DNA of 64,000 nt, taken from the NCBI RefSeq assembly GCF_001194135.2, contig NC_068992.1, positions 61,193,876 to 61,257,875 on the forward strand, written 5' to 3'. Source of the stretch: Octopus bimaculoides (Eukaryota). Made by a program: the position numbers and the translations under genes. The notes beneath the pieces are model-generated. The model worked only from the letters and a program-made list of their open reading frames with translations. It made no database searches and was not told the DNA's origin. The first letter of the stretch is position 1. The number at the start of each line of letters is the position of its first letter. Positions 35,291 to 49,243 of the stretch are shown here, in pieces.

Positions 35291-37710
35291 GGTGCTGCTC
35301 AGCTTAATGATACAGAGTACTCAGCCTGTATCTGAGAAGTATAGGGTTTGATTCTCTGTAGCCATGTGCTGGCATCTTTTTAATGGTGGTGCCCCAACAT
35401 GGCCAAAGCTCTCGAGCTGAAACTAGCAAAGAAAAAATATATAAAACAGTGGATGTTAAAATTATGATGAGTATATATATCAACACACACACACATGCAT
35501 ATATACATATATATATCAAATTATCCAGTGTATATGATTTGCAGGCTTGAGATAAAAACTAGTATATGTTATACTTAGCAACAATTGACTTCTGTAAGAT
35601 ACCCCACTCCATTTCTGCTCTTTACGAATAAAGATTGAATATATGATCCCTCCTTTCCTCACCACTGTAGAATTTAGGTTATTTGCATAGAAAACGAGAC
35701 CTTTGTTTTATGTGTTACATGTTACACAAGTGCATGCAATCAAATCTTATTCAAAAGACGTGTGAATGTAGAAATACATGACCTGAAGATGCCTTGAGAG
35801 TACACTGATTTTGAAACTTAGTGTAGACAAAATCACACAAACACATATGTTAGTTGAGGTTAATTGTTGATATAGTCTAATGAAATGCTCACTAATCAAC
35901 TGTCACTTTCACTGAATATATTTCACTATCAGATATTTGGATTGCACTGTTTTTAGTTTAGTTTAAATGTTGCAAGTTTTATTCACATATGCACATACAT
36001 ACACACATGTGTACACAAAACTAATCAAATGGTTAACAACATTTACATATATTTCTCATTCATTTATGTATATTTTTTATGGAGTGAAATTACACTAAAA
36101 TTTTCAGTTAGCTTTTTTTGTTTTTTTTTTTAAAGTTTCAATAAGAATGTTTTTAGCTTTAATTTGATAGTAGGTTTTCTTTTCTTTTTTTTTTTTCAAA
36201 TCTTTCTCTTAGAACATTTCCAAAGTTCATTACATTTCAAAATTATATTTTGTTTGTAATTCTTTATTCTTTTACTAATGAGCAAACATTTCTTTCCAGT
36301 TATACTACATCTGACTATAAACTCCTGCAAAAATGCCATCAATTTTATCATTTTTCATCTTTCATCCTTCCAGGGTTGATAAAATAAGTACTTGTCAATG
36401 ACTGATGTTGTTTTTGACTGTTTTTCTCCCCTCAAAATATGGGGCCTTTACACTATCATTAGAAATTATTATTAAAGCCTCACACAAATTGTAAATGCTC
36501 CCTAAAATGTTCCCTTTATCTAATGTCTTATGGCACATAAAAGAAATATTAATAATAATAATAATGATTAATAATAGTAATAATAATAGATATTATTATT
36601 ATTGAGTTAGAGCAGCACATGCCATCAAAATGAGACTAGGGGTACAAATATATGAAGCCCAATATACCCATCATGACTACCTGCCTGATAAGGATACACC
36701 AGGCATATACATCACAACCATATGTGTGTGACCTGGTGATCCCATATTGAGATAAACAGCACATGATCTTGCAGGTGGAGCCCAGTTAGAATTTTCTTCA
36801 GGCTGAGCAGCCCATCTTGCTCAAAAAGTTTCTGAATAAGGGTTGTTTAAGGTTGATGAACAAAACACCAGTGTTTCTGGGGGTGAATTATTCAAACCCC
36901 AAACAATCCCATTCAACACATGGCTTGGAGTGATGACCTAGCAGAATCTTTGCATGTCAGACAAAATGCTACGAAGCATTTCATCTCTCTTACATTCCAA
37001 GTTCTGATTCTGCTGAGGTTGACTTTGCCTGTCATCCTTTCAGGCTTGGTAAAATAAGTACTATTTGAGCATTGGGGTTGATGCGATTGATCTACGCACT
37101 CCCTCAAAATATCAGGTCTTGTGCCCATAGTAGAAAGAATTATTATTATTATTAAAAAAAAGTGTCAAGCTGGCAGAATCGTTAGCATACTGGACAAAAT
37201 GCTTAGTAGCATTCTACCTGTGGTTACATTCTGAGTTCAAAATCCACTAAGGTTGACAGTTTGAATGGAACTGGTAAGCCAGAGAGCTGTACCGGGCTCC
37301 AATCTGATTTGGCTTGGTTTCTACAGTTGGATGCCCTTTCTAATACCAATCACTCCAATAGTGTAGTGGGTGCCTTTTATGTGTCCCCAGTACTGTCTAC
37401 AACTACAATTTCACTTGGCCTGATTAGCCTTCTCAAGCATAGCAAACTACCAAAGGTCTTGATCATTTGTCATTGCCTCCGTGAGACCCAACAGCCGAAG
37501 ATAATGCTTCACCACCTCATCCCATCACTTCCTGGGTCTACCTCTTCCACAGGTTCTTACCACAGTTAAGGATCGGCACTTCTAAACTTATATATGTGTG
37601 TGTGTGTGTAAATTGAGGATATACTCATTAAAATGATTATATCAGTGGCCAACGTATAATAAGCACCATGTTGGTAAAATTAATATTTAAGTATATAATT
37701 ATATATATAA

Positions 37711-37891
37711 TTATAATTAAGTGTGCTAGAGGAACAATGCCAATATGCTAGAAGTAGATGCCAAATGTCTAAAAGCCACTCTAAATTTTGTTCTCTTTTT
37801 TGCAAAAAGGACAAAATTTAGAGTGGTTCATAGACATTTGACATCTATGTCTAGCATATTGGCCTTGTCCCTCCAACGCCCTTAATTATAA
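37711..37891. mobile_element. About 180-bp palindromic MITE/hairpin with virtually no loop
   Basis: ttataattaagtgtgctagaggaacaatgccaatatgctaga..ttttt|gcaaaaa..tctagcatattggccttgtccctccaacgcccttaattataa. Confidence 0.85.
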
Positions 37892-37915
37892 TCATATATT
37901 TATAATCATATACTT

Positions 37916-37947
<32 letters not shown>

Positions 37948-38950
37948 TTATACATACAAAAATACATATGTAAGTGTATGTATGTATTGTTATGGTCCCA
38001 AAATAGTCAAAACGACAACATCCAGTATTTAGATTTTTCTGATTAAAGAAAACACAAAAAGAAATAAAAAAAAAAAAGACAAATTCCTCTTGTTTTTTTA
38101 TAATAAAAAAAAAAAAAAGTGACAAATGTTCTTGTTTTATTAAACCTAGAATTACCTTTCTGTTGTAGATGACTGGCAGCAAATATTTGTGCACTGGCAC
38201 AGACATGGTAAAATCAGGATTTCTTTCATTGGTTCTGGTTATTGGGAAATTAAAAAAAAAATATTTTTGATAAAAATTTCTTTTAATACCACTTTTCTGT
38301 GTGGCTATGCAACTTAGCGAGTCAGTAGCTGTCATGACACCAGGAGCCAATATTTGTACCATTAGCCAGTTTCTGAAATTTCTTTCAGAATCTGCTGGTT
38401 TTATTATTTGTTGATAAGAATTAACTGCTTTTTACTTTTTTTTTCTTTGTCTTTGCTTTGAAGTTTTCTTCATTAGCTTTTCTCTTTCTCTTATTTATTT
38501 AATATTTTCATCTATTTCTTTTGCAAGCTTCATCTTTATTTTATCATTTAAACTGCATATAATTGTATTTTTAAAAATCATCATCATTATTATTTACGTT
38601 AAGATTTGATTGGTATTTTTATTTAGTTAAGTGGTTTTATTTATTTTATTACTATTTGGCATTATTTTTTTTTTTTTCATGTTTAAGAATCAACTCTTTT
38701 TTTTTTTCTACCTAACATTAATTGAATTTCTTGTCTTTGAATCCAAATCCATCTTTAAACCTTTATTCAACAAATATTAAATGATGTAAACTGATAAAAT
38801 TTAGCTTGAAGAGATTATCTACATTAAAAGATATTTTTTACTGTGAATTAGAACCAACAATTATAAATAAATTTTTATTTTGGGTGGGTCATTCTGCTAA
38901 TAACCACACACACATTGACTAATCTTATTATAATAAATAATCAATCAATC

Positions 38951-39316
38951 AGGCATGGCTTCATGGTAAGAAGCTTTCCAACCACATGGTTTCGGGTTCA
39001 GTCCCACTGTGTGGCACCTTGGGTAGGTGTCTTCTATAGCCTCTGGCAGACCAAACCCTTCTGAGTGGATTTGGTAGAGGGAAACTGAAAGAAGCCTTTA
39101 TATATCTGTGTGTGTCTGTGTTTGTCCGCACCACCACTTGACAACCAGTGTTGGTGTATGTGTCCCTGTAACGTAGCAGTTTGGCAAAAGAGACCAATAG
39201 AATAAGTACCAGACTTAAAAAAAAAGTACTGGGGTTGATTCATTTGACTAAAAATTCAAGGTGGTGCCCCAGCATGGCCACACTCTAATGACTGAAACAA
39301 GTAAAAGGAAAAAAGA
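38951..39316 (+). mobile_element. SINE family A
   Basis: Head aggcatggcttcatggtaagaagc..ggttcagtcccactg, tail gactgaaacaagtaaaagg. Confidence 0.85.
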
Positions 39317-40014
39317 AATTAATCACTCAATTTGTGAAAGGATGTTTATATATAACTGTTGCCTTTTCATTTGTTTCTAAATAAAATTAGCTGAACATTT
39401 TAATTCACAAATTGTAAATTTAGAAATTTAATTGAATATAAGATCCTGTTAGCATATCGGCAATGTAGTAAAGCAGGAGACAGCAGTTCAGTTCCCACAT
39501 TGTGCTAGTCATTTTCTTTTTCTCTTCTTTGTTCTTTTTTTCTTATTTATTAACACACTTTTTCATTAAATATATATCTGTTTCTGATTTTGGTCACATT
39601 AATCTTGGCTAATTAAGAAACTTAATTTTCTAAAATCATCTTTTTTTTTTTATGACAGCTTAAGTCACCAATTATGATCCTCATTAGCCAGTGAGGATGC
39701 ATCAGTGTTAGGAGTAAACTGCAATCTGTGGGACTTTCTGAATGGCATACCTGATGAATCGTTAAAATGACCATTAGTCATATATTATGTACAATGAACT
39801 GTATTTCAAAAGTTCCATTGTACAGATATATGTGTATTCTATAAATCAGAAGGTTTTGATTGCTTGAATGAAGTTATTTTTTCTCCTTAAATCAATTAAT
39901 GCAGACCAAGCTAAATTAAAACAACAAGAAATTGTGAAGTTATGAATAAACAGAAGAATTATAATAATCTTCCTCTAAAGGACATTTTTATTATTACAAT
40001 TGTTATTATTATTC

Positions 40015-40665
40015 AGGCAGCATGTTAGCAGTCGTTAGCATACCAGGTGAAATACTTAGTGGTATTCCATCTGTTTTTACGCTCAGAGATTAAATTCTGC
40101 CATGGTGAACTTTGCCTTTCATCCTCTTGAGGTCGATAAATTAAGTACCAGTGAAACCCTGGGGTCGCTGTAATCGACTCGTCCCCCGCCTCCAAAATTT
40201 CAGGCCTTGTACCTATAGTAATAAGGATTATTATTATTATTATGAAGGCAGAATCGTTAGCATATTGGACAAAATGTTTAGTGGCATTTCGTCTGTCTTT
40301 TTTGGTCTGAGTTCAAATGCCACCGAGGTCAACTTTGCCTTTCACCCTTCTAGGCTTGATAAAATAAGTACCATTTGAGTACTGGGGTTGGTGTAATCGA
40401 CTTATCCCTACTCGAAGTTGCTGGCCTTGTGCGAAAATTTGAAATCATCATTGTTATTATTAAACTGACAGAATCGTTAGTACCTGGAGAAAAATGCAGT
40501 GTGGCATTTCATCCACTTTTATGTTCTGGGTTCCAATTCTGCTGAAGCCAACTTTGTCTTCCATCTTTTGGGGTCAGAAAAAATAAGTACTGAACACTAG
40601 GGTTGATGTGATCAACTTAATTTTCCCCTAAAATTACTGGTCTTGTACCTATAGCAGAAAGGATT
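40015..40665 (+). mobile_element. Three tandem family-B SINEs separated by (TTA)n
   Basis: Core gcctttcatcct..gataaa.taagtacc recurs at about 40110, 40335, 40555. Confidence 0.8.
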
Positions 40666-41929
40666 CTTATTAGCATTACCTTTAATCCCTTCCAATAAAT
40701 TTTAGTATTATAGTTGAAGTTTAATAAAGACTTATTAAAAATCACATTCTTCATGATGTAATCTAAGATACCCATATTTGCTAAAATAGTCTTTGAATAA
40801 CTCTGCTTGAAAATATAAATGGGATGGTCACGGCTGGCTGAATCACACATAATAACTACTTGGATTTGATTTCTTTATGGATAAACAACTTAGGTTGTGG
40901 ACAAAAATATGGGGTTATCTCCCTTAGATTATGTACTGTTTTATTTATACAGTTACAGTGACCTGCTCTTCTATTCACTTTCACTGTTTATGCTCCTGTG
41001 AAAGATATACATGCTAGAACATTGCATTTTCTCTTCTTCTTCTTTTGTGTTTGTTGATCTAAGATATTAACACCATTAATAAACGAAAATGGGATGCACT
41101 TTTTATTTATTTATTTATTATTCAATAGGTTATATTTTCACAATGGCTACAGGCTACAATATTGGTGTCTGGTTTGCTGAGGGCAGCTGCTTTAGCAGTA
41201 CTTAGCTACTTCCTTGTTATTCATTTTGGCAGCTAATATATATTTTGCTACTAAACTTACTTTTTGCTTCAATAGAATTCATCACAAGCACTCCAGCAAT
41301 AAATATTCATTCTATCTTTATTATTATTATTCTGTCTATGATAATTATTGCAATCTTTTTCCTGTCTTTTTTATCTATTTTTTTTTTTCAATTATTGAAA
41401 TGTATCTTGCATGATGAAAATCTACTTTTTTTAAAGTAATAATAATAATAATAATAAATGTAATAATAATAATTAATATTATTATTATTTTTATTTTTAT
41501 CATTATTTATTAATATTACCATTATATTAACAACTATTCTTAGTTGTTCTTTGTTCATTTCATTAAAAATATATATTTTAATCTTATTTTTTTTTTTAAA
41601 TTATCAAAATTTGAAGTAGTTTATTGTTTTAGATTTTTTAAGCATCTGCTGTATAGTGTACTTTGCAAATTCACATTTGAAAATGTTTATTTTTTTAATA
41701 TATGTATGTACATGTGAGTATATTTATGCACACACACACACACAAATATGCACACGCACGCACACACGCACGCACACAATCAATATACTCTTACATATAC
41801 ATAAATGCCTGTTCTGTTCTGTAGATAGCCATGAGTTTTTTTGGAACTAACAATTAATTGGTTGATTTAATATGTAAACATGAAAATAAGACAATTTTGT
41901 ACTTGTATCAATGTATGTATGTCTATGTA

Positions 41930-41977
<48 letters not shown>

Positions 41978-42500
41978 GTATATGTAATGTGTGTGTACAT
42001 ATATACATACACACGCACACACTGTATATAAATAATGTATGTATAATGTATACATGTGAGTGTGTGTATGTATAACATTAGTTATGCATATGTATGTATT
42101 TCTCTATATATATTACGCATATATAGTGCACAATTTAGAAGATGATTGCATATCAGCAGAAAATACACAAACGAATTTTGATTGGTCTTCCTTCCACTGC
42201 TTTTTTTGGCCAAGCTCTGATCACAAGCTAATGGTATTCTTTAGTCAGCTGGATGGCCATACCATACGAATCTTTGCTTAATCATGCTTCAATTGATCTT
42301 TACCAATATTTCTTCAGCAACTTATGTATCTTAGTATTATAGTTTCTTAATTTCACATCTCTTCAAAATGGTCTTGCCTTTTAGTTAGTACATTTTTTCT
42401 ATCTCTTTTTCTGGCTTTCTACTTGAAAGAAATTTTTAAAAATTGTTCTTTCAGTTTTATATGCATACATGCATGCAATTAAACACCCATATACAGTTAC

Positions 42501-42573
<73 letters not shown>

Positions 42574-42819
42574 TCAAACACATACAGCAATTGTTTAATG
42601 ACTAGGTTAGAAGTCCTCAAACATTCCTTAATCTAAACTATGTGGAGAAACAGGGAGGATACAACCAGAAAGGATATATCAACTACATACATGCACACAC
42701 ATACACATGTATGTCCACTTTTTGGTGGAAGATTATATTTATTATTATATACATTCTTTTATTTTGAACTTAAAGATAATGGAAAGTGAAATAACCATAT
42801 TCTATCATTATAATTGTGT

Positions 42820-42863
<44 letters not shown>

Positions 42864-42974
42864 ACACTTGACTGAGCTCCACAACTACCTTGACTTAATA
42901 TATCTAGGTTTCATGGTGTATGTGTAGAGAGAGAGAAAGAAAAAGAAAGCTAAACATAATTATTATCTTCATTA

Positions 42975-43190
42975 TTAGAGTGGCGAGCTGGCAGAATTGT
43001 TAGCACACCAGGCAAAATGCTTAACGGCATTTTGTCCATCTTTATGTTTTGAGTTCAAACGCTGCTGAGGTTGACTTTGCCTTTCATCCTTTAGGGGTTG
43101 ATAAAATAAGCACCAGTTGAAAACTGGGGTCGATATAATCAACTTAGCCCCACTCCGAAATTGCTGGCCTTGTGCCAAAATTTGAAACCA
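42975..43190 (+). mobile_element. Well-preserved family-B SINE
   Basis: gtggcgagctggcagaattgttagcacaccaggc..gagttcaaacgctgctgaggttgactttgcctttcatcc..gtgccaaaatttgaaacc. Confidence 0.88.
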
Positions 43191-45892
43191 GTATTATTTT
43201 TATTTATAATTTTAGATCCCAAAACAAGAAAGTGCAGTCAATGTCATTTGGAATTGGAATTAAAGCACTAAATCATTGTTTCTGATTTCTCAAGTCATTA
43301 CTGAAAGTGTGTGTGTGTGTACACACATATCATATAGAGGTGTTTACCATATGGAATATAGTGGCTTAAAAGATGTTTCAAGCAGTCAAATTGACACCTA
43401 TAATGCAAAGCAAAAATTGTTAGCATTAATGATGTGATGATGTTTGTCAAGAATTGCAAGAAAGAAAACTCTAAATTTGAAACTGATCAAAACTTGCTTA
43501 AGAATATGCAGTGAATAGTGAACCAGATCTATTCTAAGTCAGGCTTGTTTCAGTTTTATTAGACCTCATCTGTGAATCATGGTCTTCTATTTATTTACCA
43601 AACCTTAGAAAACCCTCACATTGTTGTTCCAGTGAGGAGAGTGGAGCTAAAGACAATGATGGAATTAAGCCCTTTGTTGCCATATTTCTGTTTGAAATGC
43701 ACTACTTTTGTTTCAATTAACTTTGAAAATAATGAATTTAGTAAAAGAACTTTGACATTACTAAACTGGTACTTAGAACATCAAGAAACAAAATATTGAT
43801 GGTTTTAATTTATCTTACTTTAAAAGAGGAAGTTTGAATCATAGAACCAAATGCAGTTTCAGGTGGGTTGGTATGTCAAAAGGTTTAGAAGATACTGCGA
43901 TCTAAAGACAATTGTCTTCATTTGCTTTTACTATGAAACTGATGAAACTATAGGTTGATGTTTCAGTTACAAATTATTTTCCTTTTTGTTTCACAGCTTC
44001 ATTTATAAAGCAATTCTTTATCTTCTTAAAGACATCCATATCTTTTATTTGATTTATATAAAATCTATTGAGGGAAAATAGCTGATAGGATTAGATATTT
44101 GTTTTGGCAACTTAAGTGCAATTGTGTTCTTACTCCATTACAGGCTCATTTCACTTTATCACTCTGTTGTAAGATATTTAACTCTACTCTCTCCAGTTTT
44201 TTTTTTTTTCTTAATTGTGACAGAAATAGTAATTCAGTTTTCTGAAATGAGTTATTTAGATTAGCATTTTATCTATTAGCATATATGCCTCATCTATGGT
44301 TAACACTGCAGAAGCAAATGCCAAAACCTCCAGGCTAATGGGCCATTGTACTTTATAAAAGGGTTAACTTACTAAAGTTGATTTAACAAAATCAAGCTTA
44401 TAGAAATATGTCAACTGCAGTGATAGGGGTAGTAGTAGTAGTAGTAGTAGAGTTAATCGAGAGATTTTTGCCAATAGATCAACAATAGCCTTGAGAAGAT
44501 TAAAGTCTAAGTGCCTTAACATTTATTTAACTAATTCAAATATTTGATTCTTCCATTCACATTTTACAAATTTAGGTAGTCATAACTTTTATATAACAAA
44601 CAAAAACGATAACTACCTTGTTTATTAGGTTGTTGGTTTTTGTCATAATGCAAGTATTATTTGACTTACTTTATTAAATAACTTTTTATTTAACTTTTTC
44701 ACTTCTTGTATGTAATTTCCTCAATCCTCTTGCAATACAAAGCTCCAATATATCTTTCTTTTTCCCCCATATTTATTCACTAGTGTTTACCAGGTATTAT
44801 GGTATTATAGAGTTTATTCCAGTTGGATATGACTAAGCCAGGGAAACCTGTCACTCCACCTGGATAAGAATGTAGGTCTCTTGTATGCTTTAATTGCAGG
44901 ATGATTTTAGCTCACTATTGGAAGCAAGCAAATTCATATGTTAGTTATATTGTGCTTCTGTTAATAACTGCAGAAAGCATGACTAAATGGTTCCATGGTA
45001 TCTGTTTACAGCTAGGTATAACGAGCCTCTCAGAGTCTCAGTATTACAATTTTGGGACATAGTAAATAAGCAGAATTTGATATCAAAAGATGATAATGAT
45101 GATGCTTATTATTATATTATATATCATGATAATGGGTTTCAGGAAAATGAAAATTTATAAACTCTCTTGCATTTATTTCTTTTTGTGTGATTTTGTAAAT
45201 TTTTTAATAAAATCACAACTTTATAGCATTTTCTTATATTATAGAAATCACGAGTCAAATTCTATAATACTGTTTTTTTTTTATTGGTTCATGGATGAAA
45301 AAGATCTTCATCAAGAATAGTTTGTCTGCAGTTATAAAAGTTGTTTGTTATTATTTAAACAAAGTGTCATGTGACTACCACCATAAAGTTGACAGACACC
45401 TTTATGACTTCTATTACTAAACTGATGTTTACTTCAGCTGTTCTTCATTAATTCTGTTCTGTATGGAATCAAATAGTACATTGGTCCCTTTTGAATATTA
45501 ACTTCTCTGAAAGAGAATATTCTCTGTAGAAAATATTAAATCCCAGCCTTACACTAATGTAAAAACCAAAAATTATCTGTGTATGTATTAATTTTTCTTT
45601 GAAATATTTTTGTATATATCTTCACAATGTTTTTGGCATGTTTGAATGGTTCTAGCAAATTGAAATATTAGCATGAACTTTTATGTAAGCAGATTTTTCA
45701 GCTGGATGCCAACATAATATATTACTTCCAAATTGCTCACCTATTGTTACTGAGGTTATGATTCTTTTCAGCAAGGTCAGTCATGTCAAATAAATTACTA
45801 TATCTTGAACAAAGGACACGATGTGCAATTAACAATTTCAATCTGTGGTCCAAATCACCACACTCATATCATTACTGAGCATACAGTAATTG

Positions 45893-46260
45893 TTTACTCA
45901 CTGAAGCTGCTGCCAGTGGAGCCTAGGCTATCAATGACTTCTCTCCAAATGAGCTGTCTTTTCTGTGTCTTTTCTGCTAGATCTCTACTTTTTCTTGCAG
46001 TTTGTTTCAGACTTTGTTGTACCATGTCATATGTTTCCATTGGGTGGGGGAAGCCTTCCTCTCTCAGGTTTTCTTGGTTTTGAATTGTCATCAATGCTTT
46101 TGTATCTTTACCTTTCACTAGCTGGAAAGAGGTGATCCATATTAGCCTGGCCTGTGTCTTTTGACCTGTCCAGCCTGGGATTCTTACCAGGAACTTGCAC
46201 TCTGCTGGCATAAATCTCCGGGTCATTGAGACACACAAGCCACAACACCACTAGGACTGG
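45893..46260 (-). mobile_element. Bipartite RTE derivative, copy 2
   Basis: ORF 45894-46238(-) ends ..EKTQKRQLIWREVIDSLGSTGSSFSE* (RTE C-terminus); both modules align by eye to 29030-29515. Confidence 0.65.
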
Positions 46261-46669
46261 ACCTTGTGGTGAACACATTGATGGAAATGGGTGTTAGGAA
46301 ATAAGAGTACATGAAAGTCTGAAAGGTTTGGGTTAGGAATGTAGGACTAGACACTATAAACCCATCACCCCCACCCTCTGTAAGCTGAAAAGTCAGAGAA
46401 ACACTGTACGTCTGTGAACTTCTCATTTCTATCATTGCAGTAATGTAATTTAATTTGTGAAGCAGCATTGTGTTATATACAGCAAACTTAGTGTGATATT
46501 CTAGAATTATTGAATTAACTATATATTTCAGTTAAAATGTGTATTGTCTTCTGATGTAACTATAAGCAATTAATATTGTTATTGTTAATTGGTAGAGCAA
46601 AAGAAATGATTGTCTTGAATTAAATGTAGAACAAATAAAGAAGTGTTGACATTCATAATGAGGCCAGCA

Positions 46670-47005
46670 CGATAATTTTAATTAATTAATTTTAATTGAG
46701 TAAAGACTATAACTTGACTTTATCCTGACAATAACTAATTGATCAAGATTATAACTTCAAGATGTGTAACTTCAATAAAGATTGTAACTAGTTAATTAAG
46801 ACTGACATTTATTAAAACTATAATTTTAATCAAGACTATAGCTAATTGATCAAGGCTATAAGTAATATTAATTGATCAAGACTATAACTGTAACTAATCA
46901 AGACTATAACTAATTAATTAATACCATAATGTTAATTGATTAACCTACAACATTAATCAGTACTGTGACTTGAATTAATTAAAACTACACGATTAAGACT
47001 ATACT
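46670..47005. repeat. Degenerate minisatellite (taattgatcaagactataac-like units)
   Basis: aagactataac / aattgatcaag recur more than ten times. Confidence 0.75.
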
Positions 47006-47775
47006 CCAAGCAAAGAGATGTAAACTTTGTTGTACAATATATTAAAGTTTTGTTTCTTTATAATCCTAAGACCAAATTCTATTGTAGTTGATTTTTTTTT
47101 TCCTTTCACTTGTTTGGAATCATTAAAATAAATGACAATGTGTTGTGCCAATAGAAATTTTTTTTATCATAATTATTTCTTTTCCAGCTGAATAGATTTT
47201 TTTCCATGGGTTATGTTTTAAATCCTTGACTTCACTAATGTTTTGACAAATGTGTTGGCTATGAAATTGAACATTTAAAATTTACTATGCTTACAACATG
47301 GGCCATTGGCCATGTTATAAACCATGTTATATTTAGAATTTTTTTTCCTTTCTTTTTTCATTTTGTGAAATAAATATTCTAATGTTTAAGGAACAGTACA
47401 CTACATGATATTCTGAAGCTGGTAAATGTCAAATCTTTTATCTACAAAACACAGTTGTCCACATAGTTCTGTTGGTAGAACATCATACTTTTCATTTGGG
47501 GGTCACAAGTTCATTTCCCTCTGCAGGTGTGACAATACTTACATGGCAGTGCACCAGCATGGTCACAGTCTTTGGGTCGGAACCCATAAAGGGAAAAGTA
47601 AAGCAAGTTAATTTAGGGTGACACTATTTGACTCAATTACAAAAGAAAAGTGTATGTTTATAGCCATTGTTTAATCTAAATCTAAAATGATCTAAACAAC
47701 GAATAATCACCAGTGACTACAGTCTGCTTACTACAATTTGTAAGGTACTGCATTATTTTAATTAAAAACCTGATA

Positions 47776-47944
47776 GGTGCAGGAGTGGCTGTGTGGTAAG
47801 TAGCTTGCTTACCAACCACATGGTCCCGGGTTCAGTCCCACTGCGTGGCACCTTGGGCGAGTGTCTTCTACTATAGCCTCGGGCCGACCAAAGCCTTGTG
47901 AGTGGATTTGGTAGATGGAAACTGGAAGAAGCCCGTCGTATATG

Positions 47945-47979
<35 letters not shown>

Positions 47980-48163
47980 CGGTGTTTGTCCCCCCAACAT
48001 CACTTGACAACCGATGCTGGTGTGTTTACGTCCCTGTAACTTAGCTGTTCGGCAAAAGAGACCAATAGAATAAGTACTAGGGTTACAAAGAATAAGCAAA
48101 TCGACTATAAAGGCGGTGCTCCAGCATGATCACAGTCAAATGACTGAAACAAGTAAAAGAGTA
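47776..48163 (+). mobile_element. Young full-length SINE family A
   Basis: ggtgcaggagtggctgtgtggtaagtagcttgcttaccaaccacatggtcccgggttcagtcccactgcgtggcaccttgggc..; CpGs retained. Confidence 0.92.
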
Positions 48164-49210
48164 TAGTTAATACCCCAGTGTTTTATCAATTGCTGGTCTG
48201 GGTCTAGTAATCCACAACTTCATCTAGTAGCCATTATTGTAGTATCAATTAACACCCCTCCCCTCAAAACTACTGGCCTTGTGTTCAAACAAAAAGCAGT
48301 TATTAAACAGTAAATTGGTAGAATCCCTAGAGTGTTGGAATGAATGCTTAACAGACTCTTTATGTTCTGTGTTGAAGTCTCACTCACATTAACTTAGGCT
48401 TTCATGTTTTCAAGGTCATTGAAATAAAGTACTAGTCAAATGCTAGAATCAGTGGTATCAACTGACCCCCTTGTACCAAAATTTGAAGTTGGTGGTGAAC
48501 TGACAGAATCATTAGCATTCTGGGCAAAATGCTTAGCAGTATTTCAGCTGTCTTTACATTCTGAGTTCAATTTCAGCTGGGGTTGACTTTGTCTTTCATC
48601 CTTTTGGGGTCAATGAAATAAGTACCAGTTAAACACTGGGGGTCGATGAAATCAACTAGTCCTCTCCCTCAAAATTTAAGGCTTTGTGCCTATAGTAGAC
48701 AGGATTATTATTATTACACATGGGTAGTGGATTGGTAGCAATATTAAAGCAAAACATAAAATACCTTGTGGTTTATACTTTCTTCCTTTTTTGTTCTGAG
48801 TTCAAAACTGAATTTTTATGGGAAATAGGTGAAATCACTAAAAGTAATACCAGTCATGCACTGGAGTCAATGTAATCAACTAAACCCTTTCGAAGAAGCT
48901 CATATCTTTGTGGCTTATCTTTAAAAAAGGTACACCAATTTTTTTAGACAATAGCTATTATAAAATTTCTGAGTTTATTGCTGCTTTACATTTCTTTAAT
49001 ATAAGAAATTTCTGTTAAATTTAACAAAGTCTAATTGTAAAATTTTAAAAACTTACACAAACAATCATTTGATATGTTTATCTTTCTAAGCTTTCCATTG
49101 CTATTGAGAAGCTTTTATAAGGATTCTCTTAAGTTATCAGTGACATGTGATGTATACAGGCATACTTAATTTTTCTTTCTTTAGTTTCTACATAAGGTAT
49201 TTGATGTTGG

Positions 49211-49243
<33 letters not shown>

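Noticed and set aside
45772-45775. Second possible 4-nt microexon (ttcttttcag CAAG gtcagt)
   Set aside because: Short pyrimidine tract and weaker donor; does not restore frame together with the 50602 candidate; plausible by chance
47776-47850. tRNA-like A/B boxes at SINE heads (also 12582, 19071, 42975)
   Set aside because: No complete cloverleaf; they continue into SINE bodies present in many copies, so these are not tRNA genes
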